A DNA stretch of 64,000 nucleotides from Methylocystis sp. (lineage in GTDB: Bacteria; Pseudomonadota; Alphaproteobacteria; Rhizobiales; Beijerinckiaceae), in the NCBI RefSeq assembly GCF_046349115.1, contig NZ_JAXMCX010000001.1:890963-954962 (forward strand), given 5' to 3'. Each line of letters begins with the position of its first letter. Position 1 is the stretch's first letter. A program made the translations under genes and the position numbers. The notes beneath the pieces are model-generated. The model did not search any database. It was not told where the DNA came from and saw only the letters and a list, made by a program, of their open reading frames with translations. Positions 1 through 9,184 of the stretch are shown one piece after another.

Positions 1-567
1 ACGCTGGCGCTCGCGGCGCAGATGCACAATCGCGGGCAGATCTACGCCCATGATTCCGACGGACGCCGCCTCGCGCCGATCCATGAGCGGCTGGAGCGGG
101 CGGGGGTCCGTAATGTTCAGGTCCGGGCGCCGCGCGGCAAGGCCGATGTGCTCGCCGATCTCGACGCGCGCTGCGATCTCGTTGCGATCGACGCGCCCTG
201 CACCGGAACCGGCGCCTGGCGTCGCCACCCCGACGCGAAGTGGCGCCTCGCGCCGGGCGCGCTCGATGCGAGGCTGAAGGAACAGGCGGCGCTGCTGGAA
301 GCGGCCGTGCGCTTCGTGAAGCCGGGCGGGCGGCTTGCTTACGTCACCTGCTCGGTCCTGCGCGAGGAAAATGAGGACCGGATCGCCGCCTTTCTCGCGG
401 AGCACTCCGACTTCGCCGCGCTTTCGGGCGCCGCATTGGCGGAAAAGGCTGGCTTGCCCGACCTCGCCCGCTTCGCCTCGCCGCATGGGCCCGGCATCCG
501 CCTCTCGCCGGCGACAAGCGGCACGGACGGGTTTTACGTGTGCGTGATCAGGCGCGCCGATCGTTAG
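1..567 (+). CDS. RsmB/NOP-family RNA (cytosine-C5) methyltransferase, C-terminal part (5' end outside window)
   Basis: Motifs 'AIDAPCTGTG' and 'YVTCS' (the two catalytic Cys of RNA m5C MTases) and C-terminal 'TDGFY'; frame is open from base 1. Confidence 0.88.
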   Translation, partial: TLALAAQMHNRGQIYAHDSDGRRLAPIHERLERAGVRNVQVRAPRGKADVLADLDARCDLVAIDAPCTGTGAWRRHPDAKWRLAPGALDARLKEQAALLEAAVRFVKPGGRLAYVTCSVLREENEDRIAAFLAEHSDFAALSGAALAEKAGLPDLARFASPHGPGIRLSPATSGTDGFYVCVIRRADR

Positions 568-644
568 CGTCGCGCCCGGTCCAGAAGGGGGGGCGCTGAG
601 CCTTGCCGCTTCCATCCCACGTCTATCAAGCCCATATTGGCGCC

Positions 645-3233
645 ATGGCCAAAACCCCCGGAAAGCCCAGAGACCCGGCGCGGCCGACGCGCGCCAAGGC
701 GTCGAAGCCGGTGGTCGCGCCGCTCGCGCCGCATCTCGCGCAGCTGCTCAATCCGGCGCTCACGCCGGGATTCGGCGAGGCGCCCCAGGCGCCCTACGAC
801 GCTTCTTCGGTTCAAGGCCTCGATGAGGCGGACATCGATAAATACGCCATTGGCGAAGGGTTTTACGCGGGCGGCGCGACATCGGGAAGCGCCGCCCAGA
901 ACACCGGCGGGGTGCAGGCGACGGCCGACCGACTCGCCGAACTGCTGCGGCTCGGCGATCCCAATATTCGCGACAAGCAGCCCTGGGTCCCGCATCGGCC
1001 CGAGCGCCCGGAGAAATCCGAAGGCGGCGTCAGATTCGAGCTGGTCTCGGACTATACGCCGAAAGGCGACCAGCCGGCGGCGATCGACGAGCTGGTCAAG
1101 GGAATCACCGCGCAGGAACGCGATCAGGTGCTGCTCGGCGTCACCGGCTCCGGCAAGACTTTCACCATGGCGAGCGTGATCGAGCGCACCCAGCGGCCGG
1201 CGCTGATTCTCGCGCCGAACAAGACTCTGGCGGCGCAGCTCTATGGCGAGTTCAAGAGCTTCTTCCCGAAGAACGCCGTCGAATATTTCGTCTCCTATTA
1301 CGACTACTATCAGCCTGAAGCCTATGTGCCGCGCTCGGACACCTACATCGAGAAAGAATCCTCGGTGAACGAGCAGATCGACCGCATGCGCCATGCCGCG
1401 ACGCGCGCGCTGCTCGAACGCGACGACGTCATCATCGTCGCCTCGGTCTCCTGCATCTATGGCATCGGCTCGGTCGAAACTTATACGGCGATGACCTTCT
1501 CGGTGACGCTCGGCGAAAAGCTGGAGCAGCGCCAGCTCGTCGCCGATCTCGTCGCGTTGCATTACCGCCGCGTGCAGGCGGATTTCACCCGCGGCACCTT
1601 TCGGGTGCGCGGCGATACGGTGGATATTTTCCCGGCCCATTATGAGGACCGCGCCTGGCGCGTCGGCTTCTTTGGCGACGAAGTCGAGTCGATTTCCGAA
1701 TTCGATCCGCTGACCGGCAAGAAGACCGTCGATCTCGAATTCGTGAAGGTCTACGCCAATTCGCATTATGTCACGCCGCGGCCGACGTTGCTGCAGTCAG
1801 TCAAGGCGATCAAGGAGGAGCTGCGGGTGCGGCTCGACGAATTATATCGTTCGTCGCGTCTCGTCGAAGCGCAGCGGCTCGAACAGCGCACCCGCTTCGA
1901 TCTCGAAATGATGGAGGCGACCGGCTCCTGCGCCGGCGTCGAAAATTATTCGCGCTATCTCACCGGCCGCAAGCCGGGCGAGCCGCCGCCGACTCTGTTC
2001 GAATATCTGCCCGACAATGCGCTGGTCTTCGCCGACGAGAGTCATGTGTCGATCCCGCAGATCGGCGCTATGTATAAGGGCGACTTCCGCCGCAAGGCGA
2101 CGCTCGCCGAATATGGCTTCCGCCTGCCGTCCTGCATGGACAATCGGCCCTTGCGCTTCGAAGAATGGGACGCGATGCGGCCGCAGACCGTGGCGGTCTC
2201 GGCGACGCCGGGGAATTGGGAGCTCAATCAGACCGGCGGAATCTTCGTCGAGCAGGTCATCCGACCGACAGGGCTGATCGATCCGCAGGTCGAGGTGCGG
2301 CCGGCGCGCGCCCAGGTCGACGATCTCCTCGACGAAGCGCGGGCGACGGTGCAGATCGGCTATCGCTCGCTGGTCACGGTGCTGACCAAGCGCATGGCCG
2401 AGGATTTGACCGAATATCTGCATGAGAACGGCGTGCGCGTGCGCTACATGCATAGCGACATCGACACGATCGAGCGCATCGAAATCATCCGCGACCTGCG
2501 GCTCGGCGCCTTCGACGTATTGGTCGGCATCAATCTCTTGCGCGAAGGTCTCGACATTCCCGAATGCGGCCTCGTCGCCATTCTCGACGCCGACAAGGAA
2601 GGGTTTCTGCGCTCCGAAACATCGCTCGTGCAAACCATCGGCCGCGCCGCGCGCAATGTCGACGGCCGCGTGATCCTCTACGCCGATCAGATCACCGGCT
2701 CGATGAAGCGGGCGATGGACGAGACCAATCGCCGCCGCGCCAAGCAGGAAGCCTATAATCGCGAGAACAACATCACACCGGCGTCGATCAAGCGCGGCAT
2801 CGCCGACATTCTCGGCTCGGTCGCCGAGCAGGATCATGTAACGGTCGACACCGGCTATGACATCGCGCCCGGCCACAATCTCGCGGCGACGATCGCCGAT
2901 CTCGAGAAGCGCATGAAGGAGGCGGCGGCCGATCTCGCCTTCGAGGAGGCGGCGCGTATGCGCGACGAAATCCAAAGATTGCAGCGGGCGGAGCTGCTCG
3001 GCGAGGCGAGCCCGATGCTGCGCATCCAGCTCTCGCGTCAGGCCCGCGCGGGCCGTGGGGGAGGGGATGTTCCCGGCACGCGCGCGCGAAAGCCGACCGA
3101 CGCCGACATGGGGCCGCATAATTTCGGCGGCGGCGAAGCGCGGCCGCTGGGGCGCGCGCCGCCGCCACGTCCGGTCGGCCGCTCATCCGGTGGCAAGCCC
3201 GGCACGCGCACGGTGAAGGGCAAGCCGAAGTGA
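645..3233 (+). CDS. uvrB: Excinuclease ABC subunit B
   Basis: '[10 protein letters not shown]', '[15 protein letters not shown]', 'DESH', '[10 protein letters not shown]', 'QTIGRAARN' and a C-terminal UVR coiled coil; ATG at 645 preferred over ORF-track start 603. Confidence 0.98.
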   Translation: MAKTPGKPRDPARPTRAKASKPVVAPLAPHLAQLLNPALTPGFGEAPQAPYDASSVQGLDEADIDKYAIGEGFYAGGATSGSAAQNTGGVQATADRLAELLRLGDPNIRDKQPWVPHRPERPEKSEGGVRFELVSDYTPKGDQPAAIDELVKGITAQERDQVLLGVTGSGKTFTMASVIERTQRPALILAPNKTLAAQLYGEFKSFFPKNAVEYFVSYYDYYQPEAYVPRSDTYIEKESSVNEQIDRMRHAATRALLERDDVIIVASVSCIYGIGSVETYTAMTFSVTLGEKLEQRQLVADLVALHYRRVQADFTRGTFRVRGDTVDIFPAHYEDRAWRVGFFGDEVESISEFDPLTGKKTVDLEFVKVYANSHYVTPRPTLLQSVKAIKEELRVRLDELYRSSRLVEAQRLEQRTRFDLEMMEATGSCAGVENYSRYLTGRKPGEPPPTLFEYLPDNALVFADESHVSIPQIGAMYKGDFRRKATLAEYGFRLPSCMDNRPLRFEEWDAMRPQTVAVSATPGNWELNQTGGIFVEQVIRPTGLIDPQVEVRPARAQVDDLLDEARATVQIGYRSLVTVLTKRMAEDLTEYLHENGVRVRYMHSDIDTIERIEIIRDLRLGAFDVLVGINLLREGLDIPECGLVAILDADKEGFLRSETSLVQTIGRAARNVDGRVILYADQITGSMKRAMDETNRRRAKQEAYNRENNITPASIKRGIADILGSVAEQDHVTVDTGYDIAPGHNLAATIADLEKRMKEAAADLAFEEAARMRDEIQRLQRAELLGEASPMLRIQLSRQARAGRGGGDVPGTRARKPTDADMGPHNFGGGEARPLGRAPPPRPVGRSSGGKPGTRTVKGKPK

Positions 3234-3264
3234 GGCGCCTCCCGGCGGGGGCGATGGCGCGGCG

Positions 3265-4737
3265 TTACTCGACCGGCAAGGCGACGAAATGGGCGTCGCC
3301 CTGGCCGTTGGCGACGATCAGCAGCGCGGTCTTCTTGCCGTCGGTCTTCAGCGCCTTGACCTTCTTGACCACATCGGCCGGATCGCTGACCGCCTCCTGA
3401 TTGACCTCAAGCAGCACTTCGCCGGGCTGAAGTCGCTTCTCCGCCGCATCCGAGCGCGGATCGACCGCGGTGATGACGACGCCGCCCTTGACGGCGTCCT
3501 TGATCTGGAACCGCGCCCGCAACTCATCTGAGAGTCGCGACAGTTCAAGCCCCAGCACGCTCTGCGACGATCCGCCCGGGCTGTCGGACTTCTCCTTGTC
3601 GCCGTTCTTCGACGCGACTTTCTCGCCATCCTCGAGCCTGCCGAGCTTGACGGTCTTGGTCTGCTCCTTGCCGCCCCGCACGATGACCAGTTCGACATCC
3701 TTGCCGACCGGAGTCGCGGCGACGAGCTTAGGCAAATCGCGCGATTCCTTGATCGGCTTGCCGTCGAATCTGACGATCACGTCGCCGACCTTCAGCCCGG
3801 CCGGCTTTGACGGTCCCTTGTCGTCGACGCCGGCGACAAGCGCGCCGCGCGTCGCTCCGAGATTGAGCGTCTCGGCGATTCCGTCGTCGATATTCTGGAT
3901 GCGGACTCCCAGCCAGCCGCGGCGCGTCTCGCCGAATTGCTGCAACTGCCCGATGACCGGCTCAACCGTATTGGCCGGCGTCGCGAAACCGATGCCGACC
4001 GAGCCGCCGGAGGGCGACAGGATCGCGGTGTTGATGCCGATGACCTCGCCGTCCATGTTGAACAGCGGTCCGCCGGAATTGCCCTTGTTGATCGAGGCGT
4101 CGGTCTGAATGTAATTGTCGTAGGGACCGCTATCGATATTGCGATTGCGCGCCGAAACGATGCCGGCGGTCACCGACCCGCCGAGCCCGAACGGGTTGCC
4201 GACGGCGAGCACCCAATCGCCGACCTTGGCCTTGTCGCTGTCGCCGAACTTGACCGCCTTCAACGGCTTTTCGGGCTTCACTTTCAGGACGGCGACGTCG
4301 ACTTTCTGATCCTTGCCGAGAATTTCCGCCTTGAGCTTCTGGCCGTCGTTGAAAATCACCGTCACTTCATTGGCGTCGGCGATGACGTGATTGTTGGTGA
4401 TGACGATTCCCGAAGGATCGACCACGAAGCCGGAGCCCAGCGAACTTGACCTGCGCTGACGCGGAATTTCCGGCACGCCCTGGCCGCGCCGGCGGAAAAA
4501 CTCCTCGAAGAGATCGTCAAACGGCGCGCCGGGTCCGACTCCCGGCGGCAGCTGCGGGCCCTCGCCGCCCTTGTTGTGCTTGGCTTCGAAAGTCTGCGTC
4601 GCGGAAATATTGACGACGGCGTCCTGAACTTTCTCGGCGAGTTCGGACAGGGAATCCGGGCCTTTCGCGGCGGCTGGCGTCAATAATATCAGCAGGGCCG
4701 CAAAACCAGCGGCCACATAAGCCTGGAGCACCTTCAT
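3265..4737 (-). CDS. htrA: Do/DegQ (HtrA) family periplasmic serine endoprotease with two PDZ domains
   Basis: Signal peptide, 'LGSGFV', 'TNNHVI', 'IQTDASINKGNSGGPL' and two PDZ-like regions; start trimmed to the ATG at 4737. Confidence 0.95.
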   Translation of the reverse strand: MKVLQAYVAAGFAALLILLTPAAAKGPDSLSELAEKVQDAVVNISATQTFEAKHNKGGEGPQLPPGVGPGAPFDDLFEEFFRRRGQGVPEIPRQRRSSSLGSGFVVDPSGIVITNNHVIADANEVTVIFNDGQKLKAEILGKDQKVDVAVLKVKPEKPLKAVKFGDSDKAKVGDWVLAVGNPFGLGGSVTAGIVSARNRNIDSGPYDNYIQTDASINKGNSGGPLFNMDGEVIGINTAILSPSGGSVGIGFATPANTVEPVIGQLQQFGETRRGWLGVRIQNIDDGIAETLNLGATRGALVAGVDDKGPSKPAGLKVGDVIVRFDGKPIKESRDLPKLVAATPVGKDVELVIVRGGKEQTKTVKLGRLEDGEKVASKNGDKEKSDSPGGSSQSVLGLELSRLSDELRARFQIKDAVKGGVVITAVDPRSDAAEKRLQPGEVLLEVNQEAVSDPADVVKKVKALKTDGKKTALLIVANGQGDAHFVALPVE

Positions 4738-5034
4738 CCGATATCTCCAAAGATGAGAGGGAGCAGATATAGGCGCAAACGCCTTCGACAAAAAGAGGCG
4801 TCTCGGCTGGAGCTTCGGCGCGCGCTTTTGAAGCGGATATCTGCTCATTTGCATTTCTGTGGGCGCGAATTTTGCGGCGGAGTCGCCCCCAAATCGCGCA
4901 TATGAACGAGAGTCATTTTCCTTCGAGGCGCCGGTCGACGAAATTCTCGCTCTTGCGCGCAAGCTGATGTGATTGCGCGCCATTTACAGCGGACGACGAC
5001 CGCGCTCACCGTCGTCGAGGCCCGCGTTTGCGTT

Positions 5035-5955
5035 TTACTTGCCTTTCTCCGGAGACGGTCTGTCCGCGCTCGGCGCGGCGCTCGCCTCCGGAGCCGAGAA
5101 AAAACGGAAGAATTCAGAACGCGGACTGATCAGGAAGCGCGTCTCGCCCGGCTTGAAGGCGTTTTCATAGGCTTGCATCGAGCGATAGAAGGCGAAGAAG
5201 TCGGGATCACGGCCAAAGGCTTCGGCGAAAATCCGATTACGCTCGGCGTCGCCTTCGCCCTTGGTCTGGTCGGCTTGGCGCTGCGCCTCGGCTTTCAGCA
5301 CGATAACGTCGCGATCAGCCTTCGCGGTGATTTTTTGCGCCTGCTCCGAACCCTGGGCGCGATATTCCGCGGCTTCGCGCTGGCGCTCGGTCTGCATGCG
5401 CCCGAAGACTTTTTCCGAAATCTGCTGGGGAAGATCGACGCGGCGAATGCGGGCGTCGACGACCTGCACGCCGAATTTGCGCGCCTCGCGATCCGCCTGC
5501 TCCTTGATTTTCACCATCAAGTCGGCGCGCTCGTCGCGAACGATCTGCTGCTGATTGGCTTCGCTCAGCACGCGGCGGACGGCGGAGTTCAATACCGATC
5601 CGAGCTGATTATTCGCGCCCATGACGCTGTTGACGGTCTGATAAAAGCGCAACGCATCGATGATGCGATAGCGGATGAAGCTATCCACTTCGAGCCGCTG
5701 ATTGTCGGCGGCGAGCACTTCGAGATTGGGACTCTCGACGTCGAGAATGCGATTGTCGAAGGTCACGACATTTTCGATGAGCGGCAATTTGAAGTGGAGG
5801 CCGGGCTGGGTGATGAGGCCGCGGCCGGCGACCGGTTCGCCAAGACGGAGCACCAGCGCCTGCTCGGTTTGCGAGACGGTGAACAGGGCGCCGGCCAGAC
5901 CAAGGACGGCCAGGAGCGCGACGACGGCGAGCGTGAACAGCAGGCCAGACTTCAT
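5035..5955 (-). CDS. hflC: FtsH protease modulator HflC
   Basis: N-terminal TM helix, SPFH domain, 'RMQTERQREA' and 'DPDFFAFYRSMQAY'; overlaps the hflK stop codon. Confidence 0.96.
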   Translation of the reverse strand: MKSGLLFTLAVVALLAVLGLAGALFTVSQTEQALVLRLGEPVAGRGLITQPGLHFKLPLIENVVTFDNRILDVESPNLEVLAADNQRLEVDSFIRYRIIDALRFYQTVNSVMGANNQLGSVLNSAVRRVLSEANQQQIVRDERADLMVKIKEQADREARKFGVQVVDARIRRVDLPQQISEKVFGRMQTERQREAAEYRAQGSEQAQKITAKADRDVIVLKAEAQRQADQTKGEGDAERNRIFAEAFGRDPDFFAFYRSMQAYENAFKPGETRFLISPRSEFFRFFSAPEASAAPSADRPSPEKGK

Positions 5956-7091
5956 TTGCGGCCTCCCTGAAAGGCCGGGAAGGCGGGCAATGGCACAAAT
6001 GGCGCGACGCTCGCGCCGCCCTTGGAGGGATCGTCCAGAACCACCTTGTCGGCGCCGCCCAACACGCGCTCCATCGTTTCGATATAAAGGCGCTGCCGCG
6101 TCAGCGCCGGCGCATTCCGGTACTGTTCGTAGATTTTCTCGAAGCGGGCCGCCTGTCCGCGGGCTTCGGCGACCGTCTGCTCGCGATAGGCTTCGGCCTC
6201 CTGGAGAATCCGCGCCGCCGCGCCGCGCGCTTCCGGCACCACCCGATTGGCGTAGGCTTCGGCCTCATTGCCGAGCCGCTGCAAATCCTGCTGGGCGGCG
6301 GTTACGTCGCGAAACGCCGCGATGACCTGTTGCGGCGGATCGACGGAAAGCAGCAGCACCTGCAGCACCAGAACGCCGGCGTGATAGTCGTCGAGCACCT
6401 TCTGCATCAGTTGCTGACTTGCCGGCTCGATCAGCTTGCGGTCGGCGGTCAGAATTTTTTGGATTTGCGACTGGCCGACGATTTCGCGCATCGCGCTCTC
6501 GGCGACGGCTTTCACCGTCAGCGGCGGATTGGCGACATTGAAGGCGTAGTCTTCAGGCTTTGATGGATCAATCTGCCAGATGACCCGAAATTTGACGTCG
6601 GCGATGTTCTCGTCGCCGGTCAGCATCAGGCTTTCTTCAGGCGCTTCCGGCCCGCGCGGGGCCGAGGGCGAGCCGCGGCGCCGACCTTCGAGGACGATGC
6701 CCGACTCCTCCCGGAAGCCGACATCGGTGATGTTGCGGTCGGTGACCGCCAGCTTGAGCACCGACCCGATCGGACCTGGGAGATTGTAGTTCAGGCCGGC
6801 CTGGGTTTTTCCCATATATTTGCCGAAGATCAGATTGAGGCCGATCTCGTTGGGTCCGACCGTGTAGAGGCCGGAAAGCAGCCATGCGAGCACGGCGACC
6901 AGCACGAGGATCGCGAAGCCGCGTCCCCCAAATCCGCTCGGCAGAATCTGCTTGAGGCCTTCCTGGCTGCGGCGCAGCATCTCCTCGAGGTCCGGCGGCT
7001 GGCCGCCTGGGCCCTGTCCCCATGGCCCTCCGGGCTGACCCCAAGGATTGTTATTCTGATTGCGCGGCCCGCCTTGATCGCTCCAGGGCAT
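5952..7091 (-). CDS. hflK: FtsH protease modulator HflK
   Basis: 'MPWS...NPWGQ...PPDLEE' N-terminus, 'MLTGDENI' and 'RQRLYIETMERVL'. Confidence 0.96.
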   Translation of the reverse strand: MPWSDQGGPRNQNNNPWGQPGGPWGQGPGGQPPDLEEMLRRSQEGLKQILPSGFGGRGFAILVLVAVLAWLLSGLYTVGPNEIGLNLIFGKYMGKTQAGLNYNLPGPIGSVLKLAVTDRNITDVGFREESGIVLEGRRRGSPSAPRGPEAPEESLMLTGDENIADVKFRVIWQIDPSKPEDYAFNVANPPLTVKAVAESAMREIVGQSQIQKILTADRKLIEPASQQLMQKVLDDYHAGVLVLQVLLLSVDPPQQVIAAFRDVTAAQQDLQRLGNEAEAYANRVVPEARGAAARILQEAEAYREQTVAEARGQAARFEKIYEQYRNAPALTRQRLYIETMERVLGGADKVVLDDPSKGGASVAPFVPLPAFPAFQGGRK

Positions 7092-7207
7092 ATCGTCTCG
7101 CAGAAGGGAATTGGGCGGCGGTCGCGCCGCGTCGCCAATGTTATAGGCATTCGCCGCCGCCGCGGCAATGATCGGTCGTTATGGCCGTTGCGTAAGGGAG
7201 AACAGAA

Positions 7208-7591
7208 ATGATTCGCGATTACAACAATGTCGCGGCCAATGAGCGAACTTTTCTTGCCTGGGTTCGCACCGGCGTCGCGGTCATTGCGCTCGGCTTCGTC
7301 ATCGAGCGGTTCAATCTGTTTCTCTTGAGCATCGCCGGCGCATTGGCGGAAGACGCCGACCGGCTGCGCATCCATCGATTCGATAATCCGGCGGGACGTT
7401 ATGGCGGGACGGCGCTCGTCGCCGCGGGCGTGACGCTCATCGTGATATCGACCGTCCGCTTCATTCATACGGCGCGGCTGTTGTCGCGCGATGAGCCCTA
7501 TACCGCGAATTCCACCAGCGTCAGCCTGTATGTCCTGGCGGCGCTGCTGCTCGCCGTCGCCGGCTTCAGCGCCTATCTCGCGGCGATTTGA
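7208..7591 (+). CDS. YidH/DUF202 family membrane protein
   Basis: 'ANERTFLAWVRT' signature and three TM segments. Confidence 0.88.
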   Translation: MIRDYNNVAANERTFLAWVRTGVAVIALGFVIERFNLFLLSIAGALAEDADRLRIHRFDNPAGRYGGTALVAAGVTLIVISTVRFIHTARLLSRDEPYTANSTSVSLYVLAALLLAVAGFSAYLAAI

Positions 7592-7930
7592 TCTTTATTT
7601 CTGTTCCAACCGCCAGCGGCCTTCCCATCTAACGGGGGGCGTCCACCTTGCGCTGAAACCAATGAGATCGCCGCTCTCGTCGCATGTCGAGGCCAGCGTT
7701 GGACTTGTCGCGGAGCGCATCGACGCGCCGAAGGCCTTACGTTGCGCACGCAGCCTCAGCAATCTATCAATCTCATCGTCGAGACGACGACGCGATCCCG
7801 CCATGAGATGCTCGAGGCCGCCGTCGATGCGCAGAGGGGCATTCGCTTGCCCGAGTTGACGCCTGCGCCATCTGGTCGACATAGAAAGATTGCTGCTAGA
7901 CTTGCCTATCTACCCCTTTGGAGCGCGCCC

Positions 7931-8233
7931 ATGAAGAAATATGTCGCCCTCGCGCTGCTAGGTCTTGCTCTCGCCGGCGGTGCGGCCAGAGCAAGAGCCG
8001 AAGGATGCTGCGTCAAGACTCCTAAACAATGCGTGCCGATCCTCCGCATACCGCCAGAAGACTATGCTTACGGCGCAGCGATTTTTATTCCGCCGAACAA
8101 GCCGGTTCCCTATTCGGTTTGGTACTATGCCTTCTATCAATCATTTTGCTCCGGCAAGCCGGCGGACCAATGTATTTGGGCGTGCGGAAAGCCGCCGCCG
8201 CTACGCGGCGCCGCTTTGCGCGTCGGGGGCTAA
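7931..8233 (+). CDS. Small secreted Cys-rich hypothetical protein
   Basis: MKK start, hydrophobic signal peptide ending ARA; six Cys in the mature part. Confidence 0.65.
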   Translation: MKKYVALALLGLALAGGAARARAEGCCVKTPKQCVPILRIPPEDYAYGAAIFIPPNKPVPYSVWYYAFYQSFCSGKPADQCIWACGKPPPLRGAALRVGG

Positions 8234-8428
8234 CAGGCCGCGAGGCCGTGGCCGAGCGTTGCCGCAGAAGGCGAAGACGGCGGCGATCAGGCTCGTTTGC
8301 GGAACTTTGCGAATTTTGCTGGTTCCGAAGCGCGTTCAGGCATTCCTTGGCCCGCCGAATGTTGCTCCTTGCCTGTTCGTCGATAATATGTCGCCGCCGC
8401 CTCAGGCCGATTTGGAGACATCGCGAAG

Positions 8429-9184
8429 ATGGTCCAACCAGCATCTTATCCGGGCATCTGCAATATATGCGGGACGAAGGGAGAATTTGTCCGTGGCGAA
8501 GGCCGCTCGATTCGCGAATCCTTCGCCTGTCCAGGGTGCCGCGCGGCCTTGAGGTATCGCGATCAGGCGGCGTTGATCGTGGACGAGTTCGCGCGCGGCC
8601 GCTCGATTTTCCTGCGCAACCTCGTCTCGTCGGGAATGCTCAATGAGGTCGCGATTTTCGAGGCGGCGCTGCGCGGACCGTTCGTCAACGCCTTCAAGGG
8701 CCTCAAGGGATATGTGAAGAGCTATTTCTGGCCCGACCGCCCGCTCGGGGAAATCAACGCCGACGGCGTGCGCAACGAGGATCTCACGCGCCTGACGCTG
8801 CCGGCGAACAGTTTCGATCTCGTCATCACCAGCGACGTCATGGAGCATCTCTACGATATTCGAAGCGCCTTTTCCGAGATCGCCCGGGTTCTCAAGCCCG
8901 GCGGCGTGCATATTTTTTCGATTCCCAATGACTGGCCGTTTCCCGAGCGCACTGAGCCGCGCGTCGCGCTCGTCGATGGCGTAGAGGAGCATATCAAGCC
9001 GGCGCGCCATCACGTCAGCGGCGACGGAACACCCTGTCTCGTTTACAATGACTACGGAGCGGACATCGTTGATATCATCGCGGAGTTTGGTTGCCATACG
9101 CAGGTCGTGCGGCGGCATTCGCCGCTTGACCCCTGCTATGTCAACGCAACCTTCCTCTCCCGGAAAACTCGGTCAGCGATTTGA
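8429..9184 (+). CDS. Class I SAM-dependent methyltransferase with N-terminal CxxC...CxxC (zinc-ribbon-like) motif
   Basis: 'CNIC...CPGC' and 'SFDLVITSDVMEH...EIARVLKPGG'. Confidence 0.8.
   Translation: MVQPASYPGICNICGTKGEFVRGEGRSIRESFACPGCRAALRYRDQAALIVDEFARGRSIFLRNLVSSGMLNEVAIFEAALRGPFVNAFKGLKGYVKSYFWPDRPLGEINADGVRNEDLTRLTLPANSFDLVITSDVMEHLYDIRSAFSEIARVLKPGGVHIFSIPNDWPFPERTEPRVALVDGVEEHIKPARHHVSGDGTPCLVYNDYGADIVDIIAEFGCHTQVVRRHSPLDPCYVNATFLSRKTRSAI

Noticed and set aside
645-3233. Long low-complexity N- and C-terminal extensions of UvrB
   Set aside because: Common in Hyphomicrobiales UvrB proteins; no frameshift or extra domain is evident.
4738-5034. Small DUF2065-type gene often found between hflC and htrA
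   Set aside because: No hydrophobic ORF in this gap; only hairpins and a probable promoter region.
7595-7882. 95-aa minus-strand ORF between DUF202 and the secreted orphan
   Set aside because: No convincing RBS or motif; cannot be told apart from a chance ORF.
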